A stretch of 64,000 nucleotides of DNA from Pelomyxa schiedti. Taxonomy: Eukaryota > Protista > Evosea. The position numbers and the translations under genes were made by a program. Positions within the stretch are counted from its first letter, which is position 1, and every line of letters begins with the position of its first letter. Below, in pieces: positions 50,378-63,422 of this stretch. The stretch is from NCBI GenBank assembly GCA_020536535.1, contig JAHLWZ010000173.1, positions 9,980 to 73,979 on the forward strand, read 5' to 3'. The notes under the pieces were generated by a model. That model was not told where the DNA came from. It worked only from the letters and a program-made list of their open reading frames with translations, and did no database searches.

Positions 50378-53300
50378 ATGAAGCGAACAAGAGACGCAGA
50401 CGTACAGCCCGGCAAGTACGAGGAGGCAGCGTACAAACTCCTCCTCTCGGCGCGCGAGGCTGTAAGCAGTGTTTCCGTTGGCTCCTCGACGCTCAAGATC
50501 CGCGACCGCACCGCCGCCCTCGCGGCGCTCAACAACGCCCGCGACGACCTGCGCTCCGCCCTCTCCATGCACTCGTGCTGGCAGGAGAAGCGCGCGCCCA
50601 CGAGCTCCGCCCAAGGCGCCGACCCCGGCGGCGCCAGCGACCCGGCGAGCGCCAGCGAGGCCGCCGCGGCCACTGGGGGCGCGGCGCCCGAGGCGGCGGA
50701 GCGGGAGGCGGGGGGCTTCATCGCGGAGGCCGCGAGGGAGGCGGGGTTCCGCGGCCCGGCGGACGTGTGGTTCTCGTCCGAGGTGTTCTTCTCGCTGTCC
50801 GAGGTGCACCGCAAGCTGGCCGCGGCCGGGGAGTCGCCCGCGGCCAACCTGGAGACCGCGGCCGAGATGGCCTCGGCGTGCCTGCGCGCGCGCGACGCCC
50901 ACGGCGCCCCGGCCGACCAGGTCGCCGCGGTCGCCATGCACGTGGCCCTGGCCTACCGGAGCCTGGCCGCGATGCGCAGCACCGCCCGCAACTTCGCCCG
51001 CGCCGCCGCCGTCCTGCGGGAGGCCGCGCTGAAGGAGGGCCTCGGCGGCGACATGAGGGGCTCGGTCCTCAGAAACCTGGGCGCCACGCACTCCATGCTG
51101 GCGGAGTTCCTGCGCGACGGCGGCAAGGCGGACGACGACGCAGAGCCCGGGGGCTCGAGTACCAACAAGGAGGGCCAGCCCGAGTTCGATGCGGCCAGGA
51201 GTGCAAGGTTCGCCGTGAACGCGCTCACTGCAGCGCTGCGGGACGATGCGACGCACATTGAAACATACAGGATACTTGGCAAGATGCACGTGATGCTCGC
51301 GGAGACTCACGAGCCTGTGGCTAACCTGAAGCTGGCTTGCGGCGCTTTCGGTGGTGAAATACAGCACACTAATTCCAAGTCAAACCCGGCGTCGTATGGT
51401 CTTGCCCACTATAACCTCGCTTGCGCCCATAGAAAGCTTGCTCAGAGAGATGTTTCCCCTGCTGACAATCTCCTCGCTGCCCACTCCTCATTGGAAAAAG
51501 CAATATCCGCTTTCAATGCTATGAAGACAGAGGGGAATGCTCGGCGGATGCAAATGCTCGAAATGGATGCGACTGTTCTAAGAGAGCTAGCTAAACACCA
51601 CGACCCTGTTACCCATCTCAAGGCTGCTGTTCAAGCTTACACTCAAGTCACCCTAAACCTTAAAGACAAAACAGGCCTCATGAAAACTCACCTCAGTCTG
51701 GGAAAGACTTACGTGGACCTCGCCGGGCATGAAGACCCATTAGTCAATTTACAACATGCAATTCGCATGTTCAAGAAGGCAATCTCACTGTGTAAGGTAG
51801 CTCCAACCGAGTATCCCGTCATTGCAACCGAACTTGGAAAAGCTTATTCTAAACTTGCATTGCATGTGTCACCAGAATCAAATTTGGACTTGGCTGTGCG
51901 CGTATTTGGTGATGCTATAAAAGCCATAAAAACAAGTACAGGTCCTCAATTTGCTGCTGCTCAAACGAAGCTGGGGCACGCCCACTACATACTCTCTCTG
52001 ATGAGCTCTAAAACTGAAAATTTGGAATCTGCTATTCAAGCTTACACAGCAGCTCTAACCGTGTACACTCGTACCCAATATCAACACAAGTATTCCGTTG
52101 TCTCGAGGTTACTGGGAACTTGCCTTCTGGGCTTAGCAGCCGAGACCCCCCGCAATGAAACACTTTCTCGGGCGCTTGCGGCGTTATCCGACAGCTTAAG
52201 CGTCAAACATACAGAAGATAAGGTTAGCTACAAATAGTCCCTGCAAAATCACAAGGACCAATAGTCTCTCAGGAAGGTGGCTACTCAGAAGAACCTGGAA
52301 TTCAATTCGGCGACCTCGAACCAGTGGAATTTCTTGGTATGTTTATCAGACTTCATCATTACTCTCTTACATTCCCCAGGGCATTGTGGTCCATGCTGTT
52401 CCATCTTCCGAGCTCGTAATGGACCACAGTCATTTACTGTGAAATGCGTGTTCCCATCGAATGACGACGAAACCGAGATGCCTGAAAGAGTCACTTCCCT
52501 AAATCCTATCTTAAATGAGATAGCTATACTCACATCTCAAGTCCCCCGTGATGAGCATATCACACATCCATCAAGTATTTCTATTGTCACTCCTACACCT
52601 CCTTGGCAAGAGCTCTTCCCGGGTAATCAGACGGGAGAACACGTTTTGTGTGCCATTGGCCCGAAATGTACCAGCATCAAAGAAAGCTTTCATGAGGTCT
52701 GGACAACTGATCGCCAGGTGGCATGGACTCTTTTAACTCATTGGTTTGTGCAACTCGTGTGTGTTGTTCACAGACTCGAACGACTTAATGTAGTACACAG
52801 GTAACCACCTCCTCACTTTAAAGCAACTCACATTTAACCAGAAACATCAATCCTAACACTGTGGTAATCGGGGACAACGGCGCACTCAAGTTGACTGATT
52901 TTGGATATGCTCTGGTGTGTACTGGGGACGGAACGCTGCAACGGGAATTACATAGTGGTACTCCAAAGTGGGGGCCAGACTGCAGTTCCAGTGAAGAAGA
53001 CCCCTCATCCTCCACAATGCCCCCAGAAATTGCGCAAATCCCTCCACTCGACACCGGAGCAATCAATGTGTCATGGGTCAAGGCCGATTCCTATGCCGCG
53101 GCCAAGACGATACGGCTGATTCTTTCCGCAGGTTAGTCCAATCACACACCCCTTCCCAACCAAACAAGTCGAGTTGCTTCTCCACAATTCCCGGATTCCC
53201 CGTACTGATTCCCCACACAGAACAGGACCAGGAGGACCAAGAACAGGAAGCCACTGAATCGGAGGCACCTCCTCTGCTCGCTACTCCACCGGAAGCCACA

Positions 53301-53462
53301 GAGATGCTCGGGGTTGTGGCCATGATGCTGTGTGAGGACCCCCCAGCCCGCTTGTCCTCCTTCCAGGCCCTTGAGCTCCTCACCGCAAGTAGCAGCGGCA
53401 GTGGCAGTAGCACCAGCAGCACCAACAACGCACAGACAACCGAGAATTCCAATTCATCCTAA
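50378..53462 (+). CDS. TPR-repeat protein with C-terminal pseudokinase
   Basis: Repeats such as NLKLAC..F, NLQHAIRMFKKA, NLESAIQAYTAALTVYT; kinase fold FTVK...HR|NINPNT...LKLTDFG...PPE...KADSY...RLSSFQAL. Confidence 0.85.
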
Positions 53463-53692
53463 AGGCAGCACTGCCAAACCAATACCCGGCCTTATTGATG
53501 TCTTCTTCACTGCACTCGATTGCACTGGATTGCACTGCACTGAACCTGATCGTTGTTTCAATTTCCGGATTTCGCGTGCCCAAAAAAGTATTTTCCCCAA
53601 AGTGACACAAAGCATCAGCAAGAAAAAAAAAACAAAGGTCAGTAAACTCGCTCCGTTGACGGATAGCTGTGCGTTGCCCCCCCTCGCGGCCA

Positions 53693-54619
53693 ATGAGCAA
53701 CTTCCAGCCCCTTAACAGCACCGTGTGCGACCTGTGCCTGGACCTGTCCTCGGAGTGCATCTTCTGCCGCGGCAGCGAGTTCTTTGGCACGGCCAGCGTG
53801 TGCCTGTGCCCGTCGTCGGTGGACGCGTCCGAGGCGGCGGCCGAGGGGGTCCAGGTGGTGGGCGGGGACGACTGCAACGACGCGGCGTTCGGGGGCAAGG
53901 TCTACCGCACGCACGTGGCGTGCCACCCGGGGCAGATGGCCGTAGTAATCCTGGTGTCGATCGTGGCCCCGGCGGCCCTCGCGGGCCTGGTGGTCGCCCT
54001 GTGCTGCTGCCGCTGCTACTACCGCCACATGCGGCGGATCGAGGACGACGGCGGCGCGGGGTACACTGCAACCTACCCCAGTGTGCCCTCGCTTCCCGCC
54101 CAGGGTGCCTGCGATGGATGTGCGGCCCTGCAGCAGCAGCCGCCCATCCCGCTCCCTGTATTGTACAGCCACAACAACGACAACAATAACAACATGAATG
54201 CAGTTACCAATGGCACTGGTACTGTGAGTGCGAATGGGACTGTAATTGGCAACTACTACTACAATGCTGCCGGTCAACCACAGGCTCCAGTGCCCATGCC
54301 AGTTCAGACTATGCCTGAATTTACTACTACAACTACAACAACCACCACAACAAACGTAACTATCACTGACCCCAACACAGCACCTCGGCCACTCCACAGT
54401 GCAGCGGCAACAGTGTGCACAAACACCAACACAAGCAACACCAACAGCACTCTCACATTAAACTATACTCAGCACCAACCAGGGCAATCCTGCCAAAGTG
54501 GTACTGAGGCACCACCATCTTACCAGTCCGTTGTAACATCCACTGTACCCACGTATGCTAGTTGTCCATCCTTGTTGGTTCTAAGCCAAGAACAAAAGGT
54601 GCTGTGGATGTACACATGA
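53693..54619 (+). CDS. single-pass membrane protein with Shisa/WBP1-like architecture
   Basis: Cys-rich N-terminus, TM MAVVILVSIVAPAALAGLVVAL, juxtamembrane CCCRC, Pro/Thr-rich tail with PPSY motif. Confidence 0.65.
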   Translation: MSNFQPLNSTVCDLCLDLSSECIFCRGSEFFGTASVCLCPSSVDASEAAAEGVQVVGGDDCNDAAFGGKVYRTHVACHPGQMAVVILVSIVAPAALAGLVVALCCCRCYYRHMRRIEDDGGAGYTATYPSVPSLPAQGACDGCAALQQQPPIPLPVLYSHNNDNNNNMNAVTNGTGTVSANGTVIGNYYYNAAGQPQAPVPMPVQTMPEFTTTTTTTTTTNVTITDPNTAPRPLHSAAATVCTNTNTSNTNSTLTLNYTQHQPGQSCQSGTEAPPSYQSVVTSTVPTYASCPSLLVLSQEQKVLWMYT

Positions 54620-54948
54620 GATTATGGAGCAAGACCTTCTGACTTGCGGTGATAAACGGTGGCACAAGTCATGTTTCATGGCAAGCCAGAAAAACCAGTC
54701 GTGTGTATAGATTTAACAGTGGGCACCACAAGCTTCATAACACAAACTATTGAATTTGTTTCCGAATGTTTCATGACACTTGGTGACTGCTTGGTGGTCG
54801 CATTCCTTAACAACAGCAGAAAAAGTGTTCTGACACAAATTAGCCCAAGGGGGCGCAATGTGCAGAACACGTTCAGCGATCTTCCCAACTTTTTCCTTTC
54901 TGTAGCCGAACAGAGGGATTTCTTCAATCTTTCCTTGTCACACCAAAC

Positions 54949-57512
54949 ATGGGCGCGACACCCGCAACAGGGACAGCCCGGTCGTTACCACTGCAGTAGT
55001 GGACTCGAGGAGTTCCCGCGCGAATGTTTCCCCAGGAGAAATCCGCCCTCAAGGACAAGTTCTTCGAGGACAAATTCAACCGCGACCTCTCAGACGTCAA
55101 GGAAGACGACGACGATGAGGGCGACGAGAACTACGGCGCGCACGCCGACGAGGAAGAAGACGACGACACCGGCCTGTGCAGCGGCGTATCATGCGAGTCC
55201 ATGAGTGATTGCCACGACGGCTCCTCCTCGTCGTCGTCGGGGAGTGGGAGCGGGAGCGGGGACGGGGGACGCGCTGGGTGCTCTCAGCGGCACGGCGCCC
55301 AAGGGCCACTATGCCAAAGTCGTGCGGACCCGCAGGCATCCTAACCTGCGGGACATGGAGGTTGAGGACTTGGAGGACATGTGCCAGGGCCTGGTGCGCC
55401 CCGACTGCGCCTGTATTGATCTGGACCTCATTTCCGGTTGCTCTTTTTCTGACTCGTCTTGCTACTTTCTTTGACTGACTGACGGACTTTATGAAACCCA
55501 CTCAGTGCGGGCAACAGAAAAAGCGGCTGTGGCACTCGCATCTGCCCTCAGCAAAAACACTTCCATCATGAAACTGAAATTACCAAGTATGAATTGAATG
55601 TGCCACACACACGGCTTGTCTTCCTTTTCCTTGTCAACTAAGGCATTGGTTTTTCAGCAATACCTATTAATGTTGGCACTCTATCACATCTTGCTGAAGC
55701 CTTCAAACCAAACACTTTGTGCTCTTGAATTGGGTGTGTCAGCAACATCAAATTCCTTTCCTTTCACTTTGAAAGTATTTAACCAGTGACCCACCAGACA
55801 GCCAGATTGTATCGACCACTGGTTGTCCATCCTTCATGGAAGCTCTTGGTGGACAGAGTTCAATTGTCGCCTTGGATACACAACTTCGTTTTGTAGCTCA
55901 AATTTCTGGGCTTGGCCGTAGAGATCCTGTTACCAATTTATCGCAGATTCTGCGGACCTCCAAATTGCTTTCGCTGAATGTCTCGGGTATTCTCAGTCAC
56001 GCTCTCAACTTGTTTTTGGGATGTATTCTTATAGTTCTCAGGTTTAAAAATTGGCGATGGCGGAACCTCTATGCTGATCCATGCTCTTCTCTCAACAACC
56101 AACAACTTGCACCTTCTCTTCCTTTCAGGTTTTTTCCAAGATGTATTTTTCAAATTCTTTCCGTAATGATTTCTTTTAGGTAACAAAATTGGACATGCAG
56201 GAGCACCACGCCGAAGTTTTGAGGAATAATCACACTCTCCTTCACATTGACCTCTCTTGTGTGCTTTTGCTCATTTTCTATGCCAAAATATTGACAAAAC
56301 AAAGTGAACGCACTGGGTTCTCAAGGGGCCTCAATCATATTTCAATCCCTCCATGGAAACAGATCACTATTGCTCCTTGATGTATCACGTACATTCGTTC
56401 ACTCGTAATTGATTGAGCTCACTCGCTTGCAATGTGTCGATAAAACCACACAAGGAAATGACATTGGAGATGTTGGAGCGGAGTGTGCTGCTGAGTGCCT
56501 GTTGCACAACAGTACTCTGAGGGAGCTTCGAGTTTCAAGTGTGTCTCCCCCAGTTCTTCTTGCTTCTCCTTTTGGGATGAGAATTAATTCATGGGAATAT
56601 CTCCAGGGAATCTCATTGGACCAGATGGTGCTTCAAGAATTGCTGAATCACTTGAGGTCAATCACACCTTGCTGAAGCTGAATCTCTCTTGTTACATCCT
56701 TAACTTTTTATAAAGAGGTGTAACTGACTTGCAAATAGGGAACAAGATTGGTGAACCTGGGGCTTGCAGTGTTTCCACAGCACTTGTTAAAAATGCGACT
56801 TTGTTGCACCTTGATATCTCAAGTACATTTACACACAAAGTAATTTTCAGCATATTAACAAATAAAAAAAGGCAATCCTCTCCTTCAGAATGGTGCCACC
56901 TCAATTTCATCTTCACTTCAGAGAAATTCAACAGTTCAATCCATCCGTCTTACACCTTGTGTTCAAAATTCGTGTGTACTCTACATAGATACCGAAACAA
57001 TGGCAGGGATATCGAACATTGATACAGCTCGAAGCCACTCTTCTCAACAGCAAACGAAGTATCTGTGGAGCCCCAGCGGATTCGCTCCAATCATTTATCA
57101 CTTCGGATTTCTTCAGGGAGGGAAGCACTCTGCACCACTCCTCGTTGTCTCCGGTGATTCCTTTCCATCATCAGCGAACATCTTTCTGCAAGGCAACGAA
57201 CTCAAGACAGTGAACTGTGGCAGTTTCTTGATTGGAAGAGTGCCACCAGAATTTCCTTCATCAACCTCCGCGACTGAGAGGTGGAGATTCAATGTTGAGG
57301 TTCTGGGAAAACCTGGTCAGGCTGCCATCAACAAAAGTATGTTGGATTTCCTTTCCAATTTGAACCTCACTTCTAAATACACAGCACCCTATTTGCAGAA
57401 CAAATGCATCACTTTGATGGTGTGTATTCACCACACATTAAATAGAGGCAACGAGAAGAAACTCAAACAACCACACAGGTTGTGGAGTGGAGACGAGCCA
57501 CTGGGGTTATGA
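54949..57512 (+). pseudogene. RI-like leucine-rich repeat gene with possible SPRY-like C-terminus, disrupted
   Basis: GNDIGDVGAECAAECLLHNSTLRELRVS and GNKIGEPGACSVSTALVKNATLLHLDIS, about one repeat per exon; in-frame TAG at 54997; frameshifts near 55260 and 56200. Confidence 0.72.
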
Positions 57513-58774
57513 GCCGGCTTCCAATTGGTACACTTCAGCTCATTGTGGAATTCATTTGGGTCTTTTTTGTTTTAAATTGTAAACAGTCCCTTACAGGGTG
57601 AATCTAACCTAGCACCACCAGAAATGTAATATCTATTTGTTGGTGATGCCAAGTGATACAATAAAAATGTACTGAGAAATTGAAGTTTGACCAGTGTGCC
57701 ATGAACAACAAGAGCTGGAACTCCGGTTATCCAAAAAGCAGCCGTCGTCCACCCGAGATACCAGCAATATGACCCACCTTGAACAAAAGTATAACCGCAG
57801 ACCCACCTTCAATTAAACCAGTATAACCAGTAGCCGTCAAACCTCCGTCAAACCAAACACACAACGACAAAACAAACAAAGCCTCGCGCAAACCAAAAAT
57901 AACCCAACGCAACACCGTAGCAGACACCTACACCACCAATCCCCCTCCACCCCCTCTGTCGTTCCCAGTATAAAAAGTTCGTAATAAATGCCCCGACGTG
58001 TGGGCTTACCCCCCAAGACTTGGAACTCCGGCTTGCTGGCCAGGGGACTTGCCTAAGATTATAATGTATCTCCATGTAGATCCTCATAGTTACAGGGACC
58101 AGATTCTGATACATGGGGCCAATATCTTTAACTCTAAGTCCATTTGAGCTGCACAGTAGATCTCGAATTGTAGCACCATTGTAGCATAACTACTGTCCCA
58201 ATAGAAAAAGGAGCAAAAGGAACTGGCCCCCACCCGAGTGTGAGGACCAGAGGAAACCCCGTGTGGTTTGCCTTTTCCGAATCTGCTGAGGAGCCTGACT
58301 CGCCTTGTGGGGACCACCAGACGGACCGAAGGACACACTAGGGGTGGTGGGAGAATGAGTCGGAGGGGTCCGAGGGTGAGGGTGTCGCCGCACGTTGAGG
58401 GGGTCCACAGCCCCCACCCCCCGCCGCACTATCCTTCTCATCCCCCGTACACCATCCCTGTGTGTCCGGCATTCAGTCTCTATGCCGCCGTTTCTGACAA
58501 AAAATTGTCCCTGCATCGCTATTATGGGTCGAAGTTTTTTTCTTTTTTTTAAAAAAGAAAAAAATCAAGCAGAAACGAGGGTTCCTCTTTTTGGGTGCTG
58601 TTGTTTTGGAGACATGTTTCGTTTTGGTAGTATCGTGTTCCATATCACCGTTTGTGGTTGTGTTGCAACAAGGGGAGTTTATGTAAGTACGCCAGCACGG
58701 CGGACATCTCGAGCCTCTACAAAAAAGGTAAGCAAAGATTAGCACCTACTTTCAACCCACAAACCTCCGCTTTG

Positions 58775-61275
58775 TTATGTGTCCAGCAGCCCATTATCAC
58801 TTGTACCTCCATGTATGGTTTTTTTTTGTGGGTCATTACTGCTGAACAGAAAGATTTCACTCACCACCCCAGCAATTTCCGGATTCTCTAGAACTTCTCT
58901 GGGGAAGTCAGGGCGCTTTAGTTGTATCAGTGCAGTCCAATGTGCCCTGACTGAAGGTTGCCAACTCATCAAAGATTTTCTTGTGAGTATCTCCCAGGCC
59001 ACAAAAGCGAAGGCAAAGCTGTTGTTTGTTTTTGCAACAAACATGTGTGAGAAAGGAAGGGCATCATCTGGACAAGATGGTGAAATTCCGGGAAGGGCAT
59101 ACAACCACATACATATACCAGGGATCTTATCTTCTTCTTTCTGCCAATCTTTGCAGACCTGGGATTTGCCCGGGATACCAATCTAAAATTTGGTCAGTGA
59201 ACAACCTAACGAGTTAAACAAACAAGTTACTTTTACTTGGAGCTCATCAAAGTTCGCTGGTTTAACATCTCTATGGTGTGTAACAGTTATTGTGTTAGGT
59301 TTCAAAAGGAATAGTATCAATAAAACAATGAAGGCATTCAAGCAACCTATGTATAATGCCGGCGCTGTGGGCCATTGAAGGCATGATGCCTGCGATTTGG
59401 AGAAGTAAGATAAGATTAGCAAAAAAAAAAGTTACACATACCACTCCATGGATAAGTTTTAAGGTATCCATGTGTGTTAGGCCATGTGCAACCCTTGACT
59501 TCAGTGTCTCAGGTACATCCCCAGGACAAAAAACGAGCCTGAATATATCACAAGCAAACTTCTCGCATATGATCGCATGCAATGATGTGCAAACAGCTGG
59601 TAATGGCTGGTGAACAAATGAAGAAATTACATTACTCCCCCACTTGGAGGAAGAAAATAAGAACTAAATTATACGATTCAAATACCTATGGCTGAGACCA
59701 CATATCCACCATGTGCAGCCCTCCTGTTGTTGTTTTCAGTTTGGAAAAAGGGAAGTGCAATATACCGCAACATTCGGACTTCTTTTTACATAGCTTTATG
59801 TAGATCTGGGAGGTTATACAAAAATTTGATCGCGGCTGGAAGGCTCCTAAACACTCCTGTTGGCAGAGTTAAGGCAAAGTCAAAGCCAAATGGCTTAGGA
59901 ATGATGGTGTAAGTAGGAGAAAGTAGGAAAACGAGTGTAAGAAATAAAACACACACCTGCTTCCACTCCCAAGAAGTTTTATCTTTGTAATCTCTGCTGG
60001 TTCCACATCTTCAATACCCTCGCTCCAGTATTTCCTTCTTCCTTGGTGTGTTTCAACAACAGTGTTGGAGGCTGTTTCTCCTTGCCCTGACTCCTGGGGA
60101 GCAACAACACTTGTTTCCAACAGGGGAGAAGCGGTGTTGACGTCTCTGACCTGTTCTTCATACTCGCCAAGAGTTTGTCGTGGGGCTGTAATCCTAATCC
60201 TGTGCATATTCAGATCTGGAAGGCATTCTTCAGCAACTTTGGCCTCTCTTTCTGATTTAAAGATTATCATCGCTAGGTGGTGTTTATCACACTTTTCAAT
60301 TTCTCTGAGAGAAGAATGGGTCAGTATGAGTGCAGGGTTGTGGATAACATACGGTTCTCTGACATGAGCCTTATTAATAATAGATGCCTTGACCAAGTCC
60401 TTATTTCTATGCCGCCACCCCATGAAACGGCGAACTGCCAACTGCCTAGGTGAAATTTCCTTGAGTTTCCATACTTCTATAGCATTTGTGTCCTTTCTGG
60501 TGCAATGGTCCCCTTTTTCCTCCTCCTCCTCGTCTTCACTGTTGTCTTCCTGTTCATCAACAACCACTTCGTCTTTATCATCGACAACAACCATTGGGCT
60601 CAACATAGTAACCACGGGAAGCAGTACTTTGTGCTGCTGTAGCACCAAGGTCAGCATCAGCTGGGGAACCAATTCGGTTGAATCCATCATCATCAGCAAT
60701 GTAATCACTATCACCATTAGCTTCAGCTTCAGCATTCTCAACTCCATCAGTGCCATTATCAGCAGCAATGGATTCGGGCTCTGGGTATTCATATTGTGCA
60801 TCAGGCACAAGAGGTTCAGAAGGCAAAGGGACTCTCCTATTCTCTTGTTGTTCAAGCTGAACCGTTTCAACACTGGCACTTGCAGTTCGGGAACTGGAAG
60901 TTGTGCTCATAGTGGAATCTATGGTGCTTGTAGTTGTGTAACAATACTGTGTGGTGGCCGGTGCTGCTGGTTGTAATAGGATTGTGGGATTGGTTGTTGC
61001 TGGTGTGGGTTGTAGAAATCAGTTGGTTGCTGCTGTTGCAGGGACTCCTGTACGTCGTGATACTCGGGCGGAGGGATTGACTGCAAGGTGTAATTGTGGG
61101 ACTGGTATTGTTCTTGCTGTGGGTGCATGGAAGCCTGTGTGCGAAGATGCTCGTATGGCGCAGGCGTCGGAGGCACGCAGTAATTATGGGATTGCGGCGG
61201 TTGGTAGTAGTTATGTGGGGGATGTGGCTGCCTTGGTTGCTGCCACGGCTCTGCCGACGTCGGCCACATTGGCAC
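58775..61275 (-). pseudogene. protein kinase pseudogene with Q/P-rich and acidic N-terminal regions
   Basis: KLLGSGS, AAIKF, HRDVKPANF, FAFVAWEILT, RPDFP; in-frame TAA at 59786-59788; DFG lost (IGIPG); frameshifts near 60910 and 60590. Confidence 0.75.
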
Positions 61276-61278
61276 AAG

Positions 61279-61350
61279 GGCCCTCCGATTTTACTTGTCA
61301 AGGAGAAAGATGGATCCATACCTTTCTGTGTTGATTACAGGTGATTTAAT
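61279..61350 (+). mobile_element. Ty3/Gypsy reverse transcriptase fragment
   Basis: PPILLVKEKDGSIPFCVDYR*FN matches the SPxxLVxKKDGxxRxCVDYRxLN motif; no other pol sequence nearby. Confidence 0.8.
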
Positions 61351-63310
61351 TTGAGTCACTCTTCTTCGCCACTGGCGGTACCGCTGGTATGGCGCGAACA
61401 AGAACAAAACGAGTAAGACAGACAATCAGACGGTATCGCCTTCAGCGACAAAGAGAAAAAGGAAACCGGCCACAACGTCGGCAGAGTCGCCGTCGCGTTC
61501 GCCTCAAACCACGAAAAAAAATCCTAGAAAGGGTCACGGGTCTCCTGAATAGTCATCCCGGATCGTCGTGCCGAGGAGTCAAGATTGATGTGCGTGGTTA
61601 GCGGAGCGGGGGTTAGCGGAGGAATTCCTCCCCAAAGAACTTCACAGGTGTGGTCGGTTCTTCAAGATGGCTGGTACATCAATGGACAAAGCACGGCTGT
61701 ATTGCTGCATCACATACTAGTACTTGACATGTTTTGGGCTGGAGGTGTGCCATTCACGTGGCCTCACCTTAACAAGAATCAAGAACACCCTGTACTAGTT
61801 TTTTCTTTCCCTTTTTTTCTTTTCTATTTTTTTTTTCCCTTTTCTTAGAGCTTTAGGGCAGTGCCATATGATTATACAAAGGCAGAGGATAAGATAACTG
61901 CATTTTATGTGTTTTGTATCAACACATTCTCATCACTGGCAAGATATTACTGATACCCCCAAACAATGAGGTTATGATCACCCCTGATTTTCTGACACAC
62001 TGCCCGATTTCCAGTCAGATGCCATAACAGGCCCAAGTTATAAACAAGGAGCTGAAGGGAAAGAGGGTGGCACAACAAAAAAAAAATGGAAGATCTGTGG
62101 AATGTGTTCACAGAAATTTATGGGAAAGATGTAGAGCCGAGTGAGGTCTTGCCCATAACGCAGACAAAGCACCACAGCCACTGCAAGCCCCCCAACTGGG
62201 ATGACTACATAAAGCGACAGCAAGAAGCAAACAGGCCCGAGAAAAAGCCCCACAAGGAGCCTCCAAAGGTGCATCCTAACTGGGAAACCAGTTGTCGATA
62301 CCCAGCAAGGAAGATGTGGATGTTATCAGCTGTGAGGAAGTCCCAGACCCCCCAGAACCAGATATCCAGATCCAAACCTGGGCTTGCAGGAAGCCAAGCA
62401 AAAAGCACTACAAGAAAAGAGAGCTCAAGAACACAAAGAGCACGAAGCCAATACAGGGCTGTATGATCTCATGAGGGGTGTCACAATTTTTCGGCTTTCT
62501 CTCGGCAGTGTCAGCTACCACCAATGAAGACCAGGAGATGAATGACACTCGATTTTGCACCTTCCCTGACTGCTACAATACAGTAGAAGCTGACAATTAA
62601 TAGTACAACACTTTGTTCAACACTCCGCCAACTAATGACCATGTGGAAATGGAGATCTTATAAAGGCACAGGGGAATGGTGCCAAAAGTTTCATTTTCCC
62701 GCGATCTAAAGTCTACCCACAAGCTCTGGTGATGTGATCATCACAAGTACCAAAAAAAAGTCCCACAAGTATGTACCACAAGAAAAACACAGTCTTTTGT
62801 ACCGATAGGTGGAAGACACGACGGGGCAAGCCCCCCAAAGGGTTTCAATGAACATTGCATTGAAATGATGTAAGACCACAACTTTGGCAGTCAATCAGTG
62901 TCTCAATGACTCTTGACCTTTATTGGCATCAATTCAACACATCTTACAGTTTTTGCCACCATTGTGAAAAATTGCAGTTTGGATATCGGACACCGGGGTG
63001 CATTTGACAACAGTCAAATGAGAAAAACAGAATTTTTTAGTGCGCAAGGCAGCGTGAAGCGGCCCGATTTTGCCGGGATTTGTTGATGTTTTGTGCCGCG
63101 GGGCGGTTGGCACGGCGCCGCGGCGGCAGCGCGGCGTGTGTGTTCGTTGAATCGGGTCTCACCGCAGCTGCGCGGCACGACATAAATGGGTTTTGGTGAT
63201 TGTTCAGTGGCTTGTGTCTTTTGATTATCGCTAGAACCACAAAAAAAATCGACGAGGGGAGGCCATGCCACCAGTGGTGAAGAGGAACAAGCAGTGGACA
63301 AGCAGTACCC

Positions 63311-63422
63311 ATTTTTAATTTTATTATTTAACTAATTTATTTTTAAATTATTATGATGTATTAACTTCTTTATTATTAAAATTATTAATTATTAAGTTTA
63401 AAATTATTAAATAAGTATAATT
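63311..63422. repeat. extremely AT-rich low-complexity tract
   Basis: Almost only A/T (ttatta/taatt) for about 110 bp. Confidence 0.85.

Noticed and set aside
59786-59788. Stop-codon reassignment suggested by in-frame TAA/TAG/TGA
   Set aside because: Intact genes terminate at TAA (MMPL, GH78), TAG (NTF2) and TGA (CCDC93, cyclophilin). Internal stops occur only in genes that also have frameshifts.
62830-62920. TLAVNQCLNDS resembling the Ulp1 protease WLND motif
   Set aside because: Too short, interrupted by stops, and no catalytic His/Cys motifs found.
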